64,000 nt of DNA. Source: an uncultured Gammaproteobacteria bacterium. Its GTDB lineage: Bacteria; Patescibacteriota; Patescibacteriia; UBA9934. Under the pieces are notes generated by a model. The model was not told the DNA's origin. It did not search any database and was given only the letters and a program-made list of their open reading frames with translations. Position 1 is the first letter of the stretch; each line of letters opens with the position of its first letter. The position numbers were made by a program, and so were the translations under genes. The stretch spans positions 18,365 to 82,364 of the forward strand of contig CAYNYL010000003.1 of NCBI GenBank assembly GCA_964401485.1. The letters run 5' to 3'. This document shows positions 1 through 9,775 of this stretch, in pieces.

Positions 1-2
1 TT

Positions 3-1178
3 GGGTCGCGCTACGAGAACGATGCGGTTTGGGGCGGATCACACTTTATCGAGCACTTGATGTTTAAGGGGACGGAAAAACGCCCGACAACACTTGATAT
101 TTCAAAGACACTTGATCGCTATGGTGCGCAATACAATGCCTATACCGGAAAAGATATTACCGGTTACTGGGTGAAGATCGAGGCGGGAAAGCTTCCGGTT
201 GCGGTTGATCTTCTTGCCGACATGATGTTCTTCTCGAAATATGATCCGGAAGAGATGGAGCGAGAGAAGCAGGTCATTATCGAAGAAATTAAGATGTACG
301 AGGAAAACCCGATCATGCACCTTGACGATCTTCTCGAGGATGCGCTTTTTGAGGGAACGCGTCTTGGAAAGAATATTGCCGGAACGGCAAAGTCGATGTT
401 AGACATGAAGCGGGAAGACGTGATCGCGTATCGCGACGAGTACTACACGCCGGAGCGAACCGTGATTGTTATCGCAGGAAAAGTGGATGAGAGCATTTTG
501 GAGACGCTTGAATCGACGTTTGGAACGGTGAATACGAAAGCGGATTCGAAGAACTTTGCGCCTGTCGCGCTCGAAAGTCGAACGGGGCGAAAAGTTGGAC
601 TACAAACAAAGTCGGTGGAGCAGATTCAATTCGGACTCGCGTTTCCAATGGTTGGAAAGGATCACCCGGATCTTCCAGCGATCGGGCTATTGTCGACGAT
701 TCTTGGTGGCGCTATGAGCTCACGCCTCTTTGTCGAGGTACGGGAACGTCGAGGACTTTGCTATACGATTCGATCGAGTGCGGAGACGTACGAGGATGTT
801 GGGATGTTTACGGTTCGTGCGGGACTCGACGCGAAGCGACTCTCCGAAGCGGCGAAAGTTATTTTTGCCGAGCTTGAAAAAATGAAAACCGAGGGAGTGA
901 CCGAGGAAGAATTGCAATATGCTAAAGATCATATCGAGGGGTCCCTCAACCTTAGCCTCGAGGACTCGGCGGACATGGCGGAGTTTTACGGAAAGCAGGA
1001 GCTCTTCCTTCAAAAAATCGAACTTCCGAGTGAGCGTGTGGCAAAGTATCGCGCTGTAACGCGTGAGGACATCCGACGTGTTGCGAGCGAGATCTTTGAC
1101 ACGAATCGGATGGCGGTGGCGGGTATCGGTCCTTACGACTCGAAAGAGGCTCTCCTTAACGAAATCGGACTAAGCTAA
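3..1178 (+). CDS. M16 family (pitrilysin-like) zinc peptidase, 5' truncated by window edge
   Basis: Frame open from position 3: GSRYE...HFIEHLMFKG (inverted HxxEH zinc motif), NAYT, and SSRLFVEVRERRGLCY typical of M16B. Confidence 0.93.
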   Translation, partial: GSRYENDAVWGGSHFIEHLMFKGTEKRPTTLDISKTLDRYGAQYNAYTGKDITGYWVKIEAGKLPVAVDLLADMMFFSKYDPEEMEREKQVIIEEIKMYEENPIMHLDDLLEDALFEGTRLGKNIAGTAKSMLDMKREDVIAYRDEYYTPERTVIVIAGKVDESILETLESTFGTVNTKADSKNFAPVALESRTGRKVGLQTKSVEQIQFGLAFPMVGKDHPDLPAIGLLSTILGGAMSSRLFVEVRERRGLCYTIRSSAETYEDVGMFTVRAGLDAKRLSEAAKVIFAELEKMKTEGVTEEELQYAKDHIEGSLNLSLEDSADMAEFYGKQELFLQKIELPSERVAKYRAVTREDIRRVASEIFDTNRMAVAGIGPYDSKEALLNEIGLS

Positions 1179-1179
1179 T

Positions 1180-1929
1180 ATGAAATATCTTCTCGCGAAT
1201 TGGAAAATGCATCTCGGGGTGCGTGAATCGGTTGCGCTCGCGAGAACGGTACTTCGGGAACTTCGGGGACAGGATGTTAACCCGACGATTCTTCTCGCGC
1301 CCTCGTTTACAGCGCTTACCGAGGTGAAGAAGGTGGTCGCAAGAAGTTCGATCGCGCTCGTCGGGCAGTCCGTCGCGAGCGAGAAGGTTGGTGCGCTTAC
1401 CGGTGAGATCTCTTCGGTGCAACTTGAGGACGTGGGGGCAACCTATGCGATTATTGGTCACCCTGAACGCATGGCGTTTGGTGAGGATGAGGCGCTTGTC
1501 CGTCGAAAGCTCGCGCATCTTCTCGCAACACCGGTGACTCCGATTCTTTATCTTGGAAAGGATGCGACTGTGCCCGGCGAGGGTCGAGCGGTCGTCTCTG
1601 AGTTTTCTCGACTCCTCAAGGGCGTTGAGATTAAGCGAGGGAAACGACTCTTGGTCATTGTCGAGCCGGCCCATGTTAGAACGCGCGGCCGATCCGCGGA
1701 CCCGGAGGAGATCGTTGAAGTAATCGAGTCGCTTCGGGCTTCTGCCGACAAGCTCGGGCTTCCAAAGATTGCGATCAGTTATCTGTATGCTGGACATGTT
1801 GCCGCCCAAAACGTCCACGATTATTTGCGAGAGCCGACGATTGACGGGGTTGCCGTTGGCGCCTCGAGCTTGAAATTACAGCAGTTTATAGGCATTATGG
1901 AGGAAGCGCGGGATGTGATGCGCGCCTAA
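1180..1929 (+). CDS. tpiA: Triosephosphate isomerase-family protein (divergent loops)
   Basis: ANWKM, GALTGEIS, IIGHPER, VEP, IDGVAVGASSL match TIM motifs with substitutions. Confidence 0.8.
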   Translation: MKYLLANWKMHLGVRESVALARTVLRELRGQDVNPTILLAPSFTALTEVKKVVARSSIALVGQSVASEKVGALTGEISSVQLEDVGATYAIIGHPERMAFGEDEALVRRKLAHLLATPVTPILYLGKDATVPGEGRAVVSEFSRLLKGVEIKRGKRLLVIVEPAHVRTRGRSADPEEIVEVIESLRASADKLGLPKIAISYLYAGHVAAQNVHDYLREPTIDGVAVGASSLKLQQFIGIMEEARDVMRA

Positions 1930-1932
1930 CCT

Positions 1933-2712
1933 ATGATGACGATTATTCTCTTGATCGCGCTTGGCCTTGGAATCCTTCTTTTTGGATTTGTCGTTTGGCG
2001 CAAGCTCCCACAGCTCCGCATTGTTGATCCGCTTTCTTCACAAGAAGAGCAGGCGAAGCAATTAAAAAATGAACTTGTCCGACAGCGGATTGAGCGAACA
2101 ACAAAGAAGCCGTTCCAAGAACTTCACCGTTCGGTGGTCCTCCCATTTGGAGCGAAGATTCAAGAAACGGTCCGAAAGATGGCCGGGAAGCTCGTCGCCG
2201 CGGAAAAGAAATACAAAGAAAAACAAAAGCAAGAGGTGGCCGGAGGGATGAATGAGGAGATGGCGGACGAGATGCTCAAGGAGGCGAAGGGCCTTCTCGA
2301 CGAAGGGTGGTTTGATCGCGCCGAGAAAAAATACATCGAGGTCATTTCCGCAATGCCGAAATATGTAAAGGCGTACGAAGGGCTCGGTCGACTCTACCTC
2401 CAAAAGAAGGAGTACGATTCGGCATTTGAGACGTTTACGTTCCTCTCGAAACTTTCAAAAGATGACCCGTCCGTTATCGCGAGCCTTGGAGAAGTCGAGG
2501 AGCTTCGCGGGAATAAAAAGAAGGCCTTCGAGTTCTTCGAGCAAGCCTACAAGCTTTCCCCGAAAAATCCGAAGTATCTCGATTTCTATATTGATTCTTG
2601 TATCGAGAACGGTGACAAGCATTCGGCAATGACAACGATTGACGAATTGCGAGAGGTAAACCCGGAGAACGCAAAGATCGAAGAGTTCGAAGAGCGCCTC
2701 AAGGCCATGTAA
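1933..2712 (+). CDS. Membrane-anchored tetratricopeptide repeat protein
   Basis: N-terminal TM helix; TPR-like helices (AYEGLGRLYLQKKEYDSA, SLGEVEELRGNKKKAFEFFEQAYKLSPKNP). Confidence 0.8.
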   Translation: MMTIILLIALGLGILLFGFVVWRKLPQLRIVDPLSSQEEQAKQLKNELVRQRIERTTKKPFQELHRSVVLPFGAKIQETVRKMAGKLVAAEKKYKEKQKQEVAGGMNEEMADEMLKEAKGLLDEGWFDRAEKKYIEVISAMPKYVKAYEGLGRLYLQKKEYDSAFETFTFLSKLSKDDPSVIASLGEVEELRGNKKKAFEFFEQAYKLSPKNPKYLDFYIDSCIENGDKHSAMTTIDELREVNPENAKIEEFEERLKAM

Positions 2713-2714
2713 AC

Positions 2715-2743
2715 AAAAAGCCCGCGAATTGCGGGTTATTTTG
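2715..2743. terminator. Bidirectional intrinsic terminator
   Basis: AAAAA-GCCCGCG-aat-TGCGGGT-TATTTT between convergent genes. Confidence 0.6.
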
Positions 2744-2891
2744 TTTCTTTGTGGTTGGTGTGGTTGCCACACTTTGCGCAGTGCTTCTTGAGCTCGAGGC
2801 GTCCTTGGAGCTTGCGCTTGTTCTTTCGCGAGTGGTAGTTGACCGTTTTGCAGTCGGTGCACTCGAAGTGGATCATGTTATCTTGCGACAT
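2736..2891 (-). CDS. rpmG: 50S ribosomal protein L33 (zinc-binding type)
   Basis: Manual translation (absent from ORF track): MSQDNMIHFECTDCKTVNYHSRKNKRKLQGRLELKKHCAKCGNHTNHKETK, two CxxC, RLELKK motif. Confidence 0.95.
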   Translation of the reverse strand: MSQDNMIHFECTDCKTVNYHSRKNKRKLQGRLELKKHCAKCGNHTNHKETK

Positions 2892-2973
2892 AGGGGGGAT
2901 TCATTTACCAAGGTAGTTTAGGGAAAACGGGGGTTTTTGTCAAGGAGAGTGTGGATTTGCTATAATTTTCGAT

Positions 2974-5598
2974 ATGGAGCATTCGCGCGGGCGTGGAGCG
3001 GGGCCGGCTTTAGATAAGGAGAGTCTTGGGCGGGTGGAAGTGGGCCACGATCCGGAAATAACCGTTGAGTCCCGGGAGACGCCTAGTGGACCAGCTATTG
3101 ATGTTGCTCGATTTGTTGAGATTCTCGACGAATACGGGGAAATAAAGGAGGTTGAGGTGCTTCCGGAGCAAACGACGAGAAAGGCGGTTATTCTCGATTT
3201 CATGCGTAACAAGGTTCCAAAGGAGCTTCTGTTGTCCGCAGTCGCGCATGGGATTATCACTCAGCAATTGTCCTCACATGTAGATTTCGAGAATGGAAAA
3301 TACACCTGTATCGAGACGGAAGAGGACGCGGGTCCCGAGCGCGTGCGGGAGCTTATTGGGGAGTGGAGAGAAACGCAGGAAAAGCGCGAAGCGATTAAGG
3401 CGGAACTGCAGGAGGATTACAAGGGCGAGATTGAGAGGATGTATGAGCGGTTATTTCCAGAATCGATTGACGCACCGTTTTCTGAACTGATTCCGACAAT
3501 CGGGGATTACGCAACGATTGACGCGTACTCGTCGGTACTCGGCGTCGTTGGTGTGACAAGTGACCTCAAGAGCCCTGAGTATTTTGAACGCGAAGTAGCG
3601 ACGAAAAAGAATGAACTAACGGACCTCTATTCAATTAAGCTTAACGAACTTATTTACGAGGCGGGGGATCAATTTACGGGCGACGTTGAAAGAGATTTAA
3701 CGCTCCTTCAAGAGCACTTCTATTTTGGTGATTACCCGTTTATCGCAAATGGCCGCGCGAGCGAACGTCAGATTATCTATAATAAGGAAGCGAAGTCACC
3801 GATGGCCCAAATTGAATATGGAGTTGTAAATTGCACCGTTGCACAATTATTCCCCGTGATTTTGCGTGATGTTTATAAAGCAAAAGGAATCGATCTTGCG
3901 AATCTTGATGGAGTTGGAGCTGCGGTTTGGGAGGATCACGTTGAAGTCGGGCTCGATGTCGGGGAAGACTATCATCGATTTAGTCCGCTTGAACTCGCTC
4001 AACCAATTTCAGATACATTAGAGAGTGAAGACCGTGAGGCCCTCTTTTTACCTCCAAACCATTTTGTCCGCTCCCTCTATGGATCGTTTGAGTCCGCGGA
4101 TCCTAGCGCTGATCTTTTGGGAAAAGAGTGGACCGAACGATGGTTTGAGGAACATGGAGAGGGCACGCCTTCTGGTGCTCGGGTGAGACTTGAGGGGGAG
4201 CGGCCACTCCGTGTTGATACAATTTCGGGGGAGCGATATTTGGATGGACTGATTCCGGTTGGGACGCGGTACTTGTCCGCGACGGAATCGTTTGAAGAAG
4301 GGGTGGAGGCTAGAGTAAATACGGCGGAAGAAGAGCGCTTCGATGAAGAGCGCCTCTGGAGGACGCTTGAACGGTATCGACTCAATTACCGGTCGGCATA
4401 TAGCGGAGCCCCAGCCGAAGGCGCATTCGCCATCTTTTTACCGAGGTGGTTTAACGATCCCGAAGAAACACGGGTATTTCTCGCGACCGCCGAGGAAATC
4501 GGTCCATCAAGGGAGATGATTCTGGATGCGTATCTCCACGATCAGTTTGCAAAAGACCGAGAGCCAATTGCGCCGAAGCTTGAATCGGCTTGGATTGCGC
4601 ATCTCTCGGAAACGAAATCAAAAACAATCGGAGCAAGTGTAATCGGGGGCGTTGCGGATCTTCCGTTTGCCCAAGCGTACATGGATGAAAATCCTTCGAT
4701 TGTTCCGATTATTGCCGGTGAGCAGAGTCCTCAAGATATACGCATCGAAGCGCTAAGTGCTGTCGCGGAACGTCTGACGCGAGAGGAGCTCTCGAATTTT
4801 ACTTATCACGCCGAGTATCTTGCGAATAAAGAGGCGATTGATCGAGATCCATACGAATGGATCCGAGCGGGGGACTACCCTGGCGCTCCAACGAGCGAGC
4901 TGCGGGCCAGGCTGGTGCAGTATGGGTCGCCTTTTTTTAGGCGCGACCTCGCGCTTCGTCAGAGAATTTTGTTTCGATTTGAAATTACTGAAAAAGGACT
5001 TTCTGAATTATCGGATAAAGAACTCCTTTCTGGTGTTGAATATAATATTGGATTTGAGCAATTCCCCTCCGAATATCGAGAGGAGCTTCAAGGCCGTTTG
5101 CGTAGCTATATTTTGAGGAGCTCCGAGCTTGAAAGTTGGGATCAGTATAGTCTTCGCAGATTTGTGTGTTCCTTGCCTGACGCGGATTTCGCACTTGTTC
5201 GAGAAAGCGTTGCGGCGAGCGGTTTGCTTTCTCTTGAGCAAATTGCTGCGCGTGATATCGAAGATCCATCGCTTCTCTCAAGTGAACACATTTTCCTTTA
5301 CGGGGAACGTTTTTATAGGTACGACGGAATTGACGAGCTCTTTATTGAACGATACCGCGCTTCGGATCGGGATTCGAGAGCGCAAGCGATTCGCGATTTG
5401 GTTAGATACGCGGCGGAAGTAGTTAATATGGGTATTGCGCGTGATGTGAATCACACGTCTCGAGCATTATCACAAGAAGAATTATTCGAGATAAGACTTT
5501 ATAGTGGTAATCCGCGGTTTGGCGAACTGATGTCGGATGAAGGGAAAGATTTCGAGCAAACGATCAAACTCCTTGATTTACAAGAAGCTGAACGATAG
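2974..5598 (+). CDS. Large acidic hypothetical protein
   Basis: 874-aa ORF; no recognisable family; NC...DHV motif weakly transglutaminase-like. Confidence 0.7.
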   Translation: MEHSRGRGAGPALDKESLGRVEVGHDPEITVESRETPSGPAIDVARFVEILDEYGEIKEVEVLPEQTTRKAVILDFMRNKVPKELLLSAVAHGIITQQLSSHVDFENGKYTCIETEEDAGPERVRELIGEWRETQEKREAIKAELQEDYKGEIERMYERLFPESIDAPFSELIPTIGDYATIDAYSSVLGVVGVTSDLKSPEYFEREVATKKNELTDLYSIKLNELIYEAGDQFTGDVERDLTLLQEHFYFGDYPFIANGRASERQIIYNKEAKSPMAQIEYGVVNCTVAQLFPVILRDVYKAKGIDLANLDGVGAAVWEDHVEVGLDVGEDYHRFSPLELAQPISDTLESEDREALFLPPNHFVRSLYGSFESADPSADLLGKEWTERWFEEHGEGTPSGARVRLEGERPLRVDTISGERYLDGLIPVGTRYLSATESFEEGVEARVNTAEEERFDEERLWRTLERYRLNYRSAYSGAPAEGAFAIFLPRWFNDPEETRVFLATAEEIGPSREMILDAYLHDQFAKDREPIAPKLESAWIAHLSETKSKTIGASVIGGVADLPFAQAYMDENPSIVPIIAGEQSPQDIRIEALSAVAERLTREELSNFTYHAEYLANKEAIDRDPYEWIRAGDYPGAPTSELRARLVQYGSPFFRRDLALRQRILFRFEITEKGLSELSDKELLSGVEYNIGFEQFPSEYREELQGRLRSYILRSSELESWDQYSLRRFVCSLPDADFALVRESVAASGLLSLEQIAARDIEDPSLLSSEHIFLYGERFYRYDGIDELFIERYRASDRDSRAQAIRDLVRYAAEVVNMGIARDVNHTSRALSQEELFEIRLYSGNPRFGELMSDEGKDFEQTIKLLDLQEAER

Positions 5599-5609
5599 AA
5601 TAGGGCTAT

Positions 5610-6338
5610 ATGAATACTACACTCGGAATTGGGCTCGTTTTACTTGGATTCTCGGTTATTACGGTTTTGCTCTATTTAAAGCAGAAAAAGACGGTTGCCG
5701 AGATTTCGGGGCTAAAGGAAATTCCAATGAGCGAGGCGGTTCCGGGGGCTCGCGGTATCTTCAAAGGCGAGGTTGGGGGAGTGTCGGCGACGGTGCCGTA
5801 CTCGGATAAGCCGGTTGCGTACTACGAGTTTGAGCTTGACGAGGAGGTGGTAATTGAAAAAGACGGACGAAAAGTGAGACGGTTTAAGCGTGTAAAAGAC
5901 GGAAAGTCAAAGGCACCGATTGAACTCTCTGCTGGCGGAAAGAAGCTTCTTCTTAATCCGAGGGACTTCCCGATGCATCCGCTTGAGATCCATAATGGTC
6001 GTGCAATCGGGCTTAATAGCGACATGCTTAAGGCGATGGACTTTATCGGTTCCGGTGAATCGCTCTTCGCACGACAAGATCTTCTTACAAAGAACCTCAA
6101 GCTCCATCTTTATGGACTTCCGGTTGGAACGCCGGCACTTGCGATCGGGGAGGTGAAGGATGAGGGAAATGGCTCTCTTACGCTTATTCCGCTTGGTGGA
6201 GGAATGAGCTTCTACCCAACTCATGACGTCGCGATGGTTGTCGGAAAGGCAAATCGTGCGGTAACGATGTATCTTGTTCTCTCGATTGCCCTCGTTGTCG
6301 CGGGAGTCGGAGCGATAATTGCAGGACTTGTTTCCTAA
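5610..6338 (+). CDS. Two-TM membrane protein, GIDE-domain-like
   Basis: TM helix at each end; PYSDKPVAYYEFELDEE and LPVGTPALAIGEV resemble GIDE-domain proteins. Confidence 0.55.
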   Translation: MNTTLGIGLVLLGFSVITVLLYLKQKKTVAEISGLKEIPMSEAVPGARGIFKGEVGGVSATVPYSDKPVAYYEFELDEEVVIEKDGRKVRRFKRVKDGKSKAPIELSAGGKKLLLNPRDFPMHPLEIHNGRAIGLNSDMLKAMDFIGSGESLFARQDLLTKNLKLHLYGLPVGTPALAIGEVKDEGNGSLTLIPLGGGMSFYPTHDVAMVVGKANRAVTMYLVLSIALVVAGVGAIIAGLVS

Positions 6339-6340
6339 AG

Positions 6341-6368
6341 AAAAGACGGCCTCCGGGCCGTTTTTTTG
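6341..6368 (+). terminator. Intrinsic terminator
   Basis: GACGGCC-tccg-GGCCGTT followed by T run. Confidence 0.7.
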
Positions 6369-6408
6369 TTGACAAAAACGCCTAAATATGCTAAAAAACG
6401 GGCTTACT

Positions 6409-9400
6409 ATGCCTATCTACGAACAACTCGCCCGCTTCTTATTCCGTAATGGAAAATTGATCTTTTTCGCTTTTGCTCTTCTTGTGGGGCTTGGATCATT
6501 TGCCCTAACGCAAATCGAACGACAGGGATTCCCTGCGATCTTAGTTAACGTTGCCTCTGTCCAGGTCGTTTATCCGAACGCTGACGCTGAAACCGTTGAG
6601 CGTGAGATTTTGATTCCGCTTGAGGCGGAAATCGAAGCGATTGATACGGTTCTTGAATATCAAGGATCGGCGGGAGATAACTTCGGACTTTTAATCGTTA
6701 CGTTTGATCAAAACGCGGATATTGACGAGGCGGTTGCGGAGCTCCGTAACTCGGTATCGAGCGTTACGCTTCCTTCTGGCGCAAAAGAAGCTGAAGTTGA
6801 GTTGTTTTCGGTTAATGGCGTTGGAGAGTTTATTGTTGCGTTAACGGGCGACGGAGATCCGATGCGACTCTACGAAAAAGGACTTGAATTTGAGACCTCG
6901 CTTCAGGGAGTTGATGGAGTAAAGAAGGTGACAGCCATGAACCCGCTTACCCCGGAGATTCGGATTACGTTTGACGGAAAGGCGCTCGCGGAGGCTGGTC
7001 TTACGCGAAGTGCCGTTGAGGCGCAACTTCAGGGCGCAAATTTCGTTGCGCCTGCCGGATCAATTATTGAGGACGAAACGCAAGTGAATATTGCCGTTGC
7101 GAGCCGGCTCACGACTCTCGGCGAGCTCAAGGCGTACACGCTCGCTCCAGGCGTCACTCTTGATGACGTTGCGAAAATTGAAGAAGTTGTAAACAACAAC
7201 GATTACTATAACCGTGTTGGTATTGAGTCGAAGAAGGGAGATGTCGCTGTTTCCCGTGCTCTTCTTTACGGTATTGCGATTGACGCGGATGCCGATATTC
7301 TTACGGTTGATGAGTCGCTTAAAACGGCGCTCGAAACGGTGCGAGACAATGAGCCAAAAAATTCGAAGTACGGCTACGAGATTGTGTACTCGCAGGCTGA
7401 TTCGACACGACAACAAATTTCGGAAATCTCACAAAGTATGTTTGGTGCGCCGATTGATGCGTTCGGACCGCTCGCGTTCCTCGGATACATTTTTGGTGGA
7501 CTTCTTCTCGTTGTCATCATGCTTTTTGTACTGATGAACCTTCGTGTTGCGATTCTCGCAGCGCTCGCGATCCCGCTTTCGCTTTTCGCGACGCTAGGCT
7601 ACTTGTATTTCGTAGGCATTGATCTTAATACGCTCGTTCTTTTCTCAATGGTGCTCGTCATCGGTCTCGTTATCGATCCAACGATCGTATTCATGGAGTC
7701 GATGCAACGCTATATCGATGAAGGAATGTCGCCAGAGGACGCGGGAATTAAGACCCTTAAAACGGTTGGACTCGGAGTATTTCTCGCTGTGGCGACGAAC
7801 GCGATCGTCTTTATTCCGTTTGGAGTTGTTTCTGGATTCTTCGGAGAAATTATTAAATATATTCCAGCGACCGTTATCCCTTCGATGATTGCAAGTATCG
7901 TAATTCCGGTCTTGTTCTTCATCCCGATTGGAGCGAAAATTCTCCGTCCTCGAAAGGGTGTGGTTGATGTTGACGGTAGTCTTTCGACGACGTGGGCGGT
8001 TAGCCGTGGTCTCAAACGCCTCCTCGACGGTCTCCTCAAAAAAGGAAAACTTGCCGGCGCGATTCGAGTTGTCGTCTTTGTTGGACTTATGGCGCTTCCG
8101 CTTGTTGTCGGAGGTGTCATGATTCAAACGAAAACGGTTGAAGTTGTGCAATTTGCGGCAACGGACGATTCGGATTTCATGACGATTTCGGGAGATCTTC
8201 CGGATGAATGGTTGTTTGATAAATCGGTGTACGAGGTTGTGGTTCCGGTTCAAGACATTGTTGCTGAGTACGAGGAAGTTCAATCGTTCTTCTACTACGA
8301 ACAGCGTGGAAATGATTTTACCCTCTTTGTTACGCTCGATCCGATCAAGGAGCGACAAGACGCGGAACTCATGACGGCGACAGAGCTTGCCGAGGCGCTC
8401 AACAAGGACTTTGCGTCTCAAAAATTTGACGCCGAAATTAAGGCAGTTGTTTCAAGCGATGGACCTCCTCAAGAGCAGTTCCCAGTTAAACTACGCGTCT
8501 ATCTTGACGACGAAGCGACTCTTGCTGATACGGTCGAGGCGATGCGTTCATATCTTTCGGATGTCGAAGGAGTGGATGTTGTAAACGATACGCTATCAAA
8601 GAAAACAACCGGAGGAACGGTTGTCTACGAGGTTGATTCTGCGAAGGGTGTGCCGGCCGGTCTTGTGTACGGCGCGCTTGCTGAGCGAATTGCGGATCGA
8701 GAACTCGGGGAGCTTACGCTTGGATCGACGAAGTATGAAATTCATTCGCAATATACGGGCGAAAAAGTAAATGATTTCTTGGAACTCGAAGTACTTCCGG
8801 GCCTTCCGCTTGGCGCGGTTGCGACCGAAACGACGCTTGAGTCAAAGACAATTGCTCGATCGAACGGAAAGCGTTACGCGGAAATTTCCGCCTCAGTTCT
8901 TAAGGACGCCGATTCTGCGTTAATCCAGGCAGAGTTTAAGGAGTTTGCGGAGCAGTACGCAAAAGAAAATGACCTTCCGCTGAACGCGCTCGACTTTAAG
9001 GGGGAAGCGGATTCGATCGCCGAGTCGTTCAACGATTTGTTCGTAGCGCTCGCGATTGCCATCTTTATCATGTACGCGCTCCTCGTAATCTTCTTCCGTT
9101 CATTCTTCGAGCCGTTCATCATTCTCTTCGCGATCCCGCTTGGACTTGTCGGTGTATTCCTTGCGATTGGTGCAACGACGGGCCAACTTGGATTCCTCGA
9201 GCTTCTCGGAGTTGTAACGATGACGGGAATTGTTGTAAACGTAACGATCCTCATTATCGACTACGCGAACCAGCTCAAACGAGAAGGGAAGTCGGTTGAA
9301 GAAGCAATTTCTACGGCAATCGCTCTTCGATTCCGACCGATCGTGCTTACACAGATGACGGCGTTTGGAAGTCTAATCCCGCTCGTGTTCCTTTCGCCGT

Positions 9401-9543
9401 TCTGGCAAGGGCTCGCCGCGTCGATTATCTTCGGTATCATTTTCTCCGGACTTCTCTCGCTTATCTCGACGCCGATCCTATACCTCTGGGCCTACTCGGT
9501 GCCGGAGATGGCAAGAAACCTTATTCGAAGATTCCGATCCTAA
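6409..9543 (+). CDS. RND efflux transporter permease (AcrB/AcrD/AcrF family)
   Basis: About 1045 aa, 12-TM pattern, AIPLS, GLVID, GIVVN, RFRPIVLT motifs. Confidence 0.92.
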   Translation: MPIYEQLARFLFRNGKLIFFAFALLVGLGSFALTQIERQGFPAILVNVASVQVVYPNADAETVEREILIPLEAEIEAIDTVLEYQGSAGDNFGLLIVTFDQNADIDEAVAELRNSVSSVTLPSGAKEAEVELFSVNGVGEFIVALTGDGDPMRLYEKGLEFETSLQGVDGVKKVTAMNPLTPEIRITFDGKALAEAGLTRSAVEAQLQGANFVAPAGSIIEDETQVNIAVASRLTTLGELKAYTLAPGVTLDDVAKIEEVVNNNDYYNRVGIESKKGDVAVSRALLYGIAIDADADILTVDESLKTALETVRDNEPKNSKYGYEIVYSQADSTRQQISEISQSMFGAPIDAFGPLAFLGYIFGGLLLVVIMLFVLMNLRVAILAALAIPLSLFATLGYLYFVGIDLNTLVLFSMVLVIGLVIDPTIVFMESMQRYIDEGMSPEDAGIKTLKTVGLGVFLAVATNAIVFIPFGVVSGFFGEIIKYIPATVIPSMIASIVIPVLFFIPIGAKILRPRKGVVDVDGSLSTTWAVSRGLKRLLDGLLKKGKLAGAIRVVVFVGLMALPLVVGGVMIQTKTVEVVQFAATDDSDFMTISGDLPDEWLFDKSVYEVVVPVQDIVAEYEEVQSFFYYEQRGNDFTLFVTLDPIKERQDAELMTATELAEALNKDFASQKFDAEIKAVVSSDGPPQEQFPVKLRVYLDDEATLADTVEAMRSYLSDVEGVDVVNDTLSKKTTGGTVVYEVDSAKGVPAGLVYGALAERIADRELGELTLGSTKYEIHSQYTGEKVNDFLELEVLPGLPLGAVATETTLESKTIARSNGKRYAEISASVLKDADSALIQAEFKEFAEQYAKENDLPLNALDFKGEADSIAESFNDLFVALAIAIFIMYALLVIFFRSFFEPFIILFAIPLGLVGVFLAIGATTGQLGFLELLGVVTMTGIVVNVTILIIDYANQLKREGKSVEEAISTAIALRFRPIVLTQMTAFGSLIPLVFLSPFWQGLAASIIFGIIFSGLLSLISTPILYLWAYSVPEMARNLIRRFRS

Positions 9544-9547
9544 ATCA

Positions 9548-9572
9548 AGAGCGCTCCTTCCGGGGCGCTTTT
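9548..9572 (+). terminator. Intrinsic terminator of RND gene
   Basis: AAGAGCGCTCC-ttcc-GGGGCGCTTTT. Confidence 0.7.
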
Positions 9573-9611
9573 GACTTTGGCTAAAATGAGCTTATTTTAT
9601 ATCATTTTACC

Positions 9612-9640
9612 TTGACTTTTTGGCCACAATATGCTATATT
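9612..9640 (+). promoter_or_regulatory. Sigma70 promoter of DGR target gene
   Basis: TTGACT (9612-9617), 17 bp, TATATT (9635-9640) with extended -10 TGn. Confidence 0.75.
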
Positions 9641-9775
9641 AACTCCTGTACTTTTCATCTGCGCTAAGATTGGTTATAGCAAAAAGTGGCTTGATAATAG
9701 GCTATTTCTCGCTATGACCAATTCGGTCTACAGCTCCACCTCGGATAGAGGGATGCTAGAAAAAAGGATGACGCC

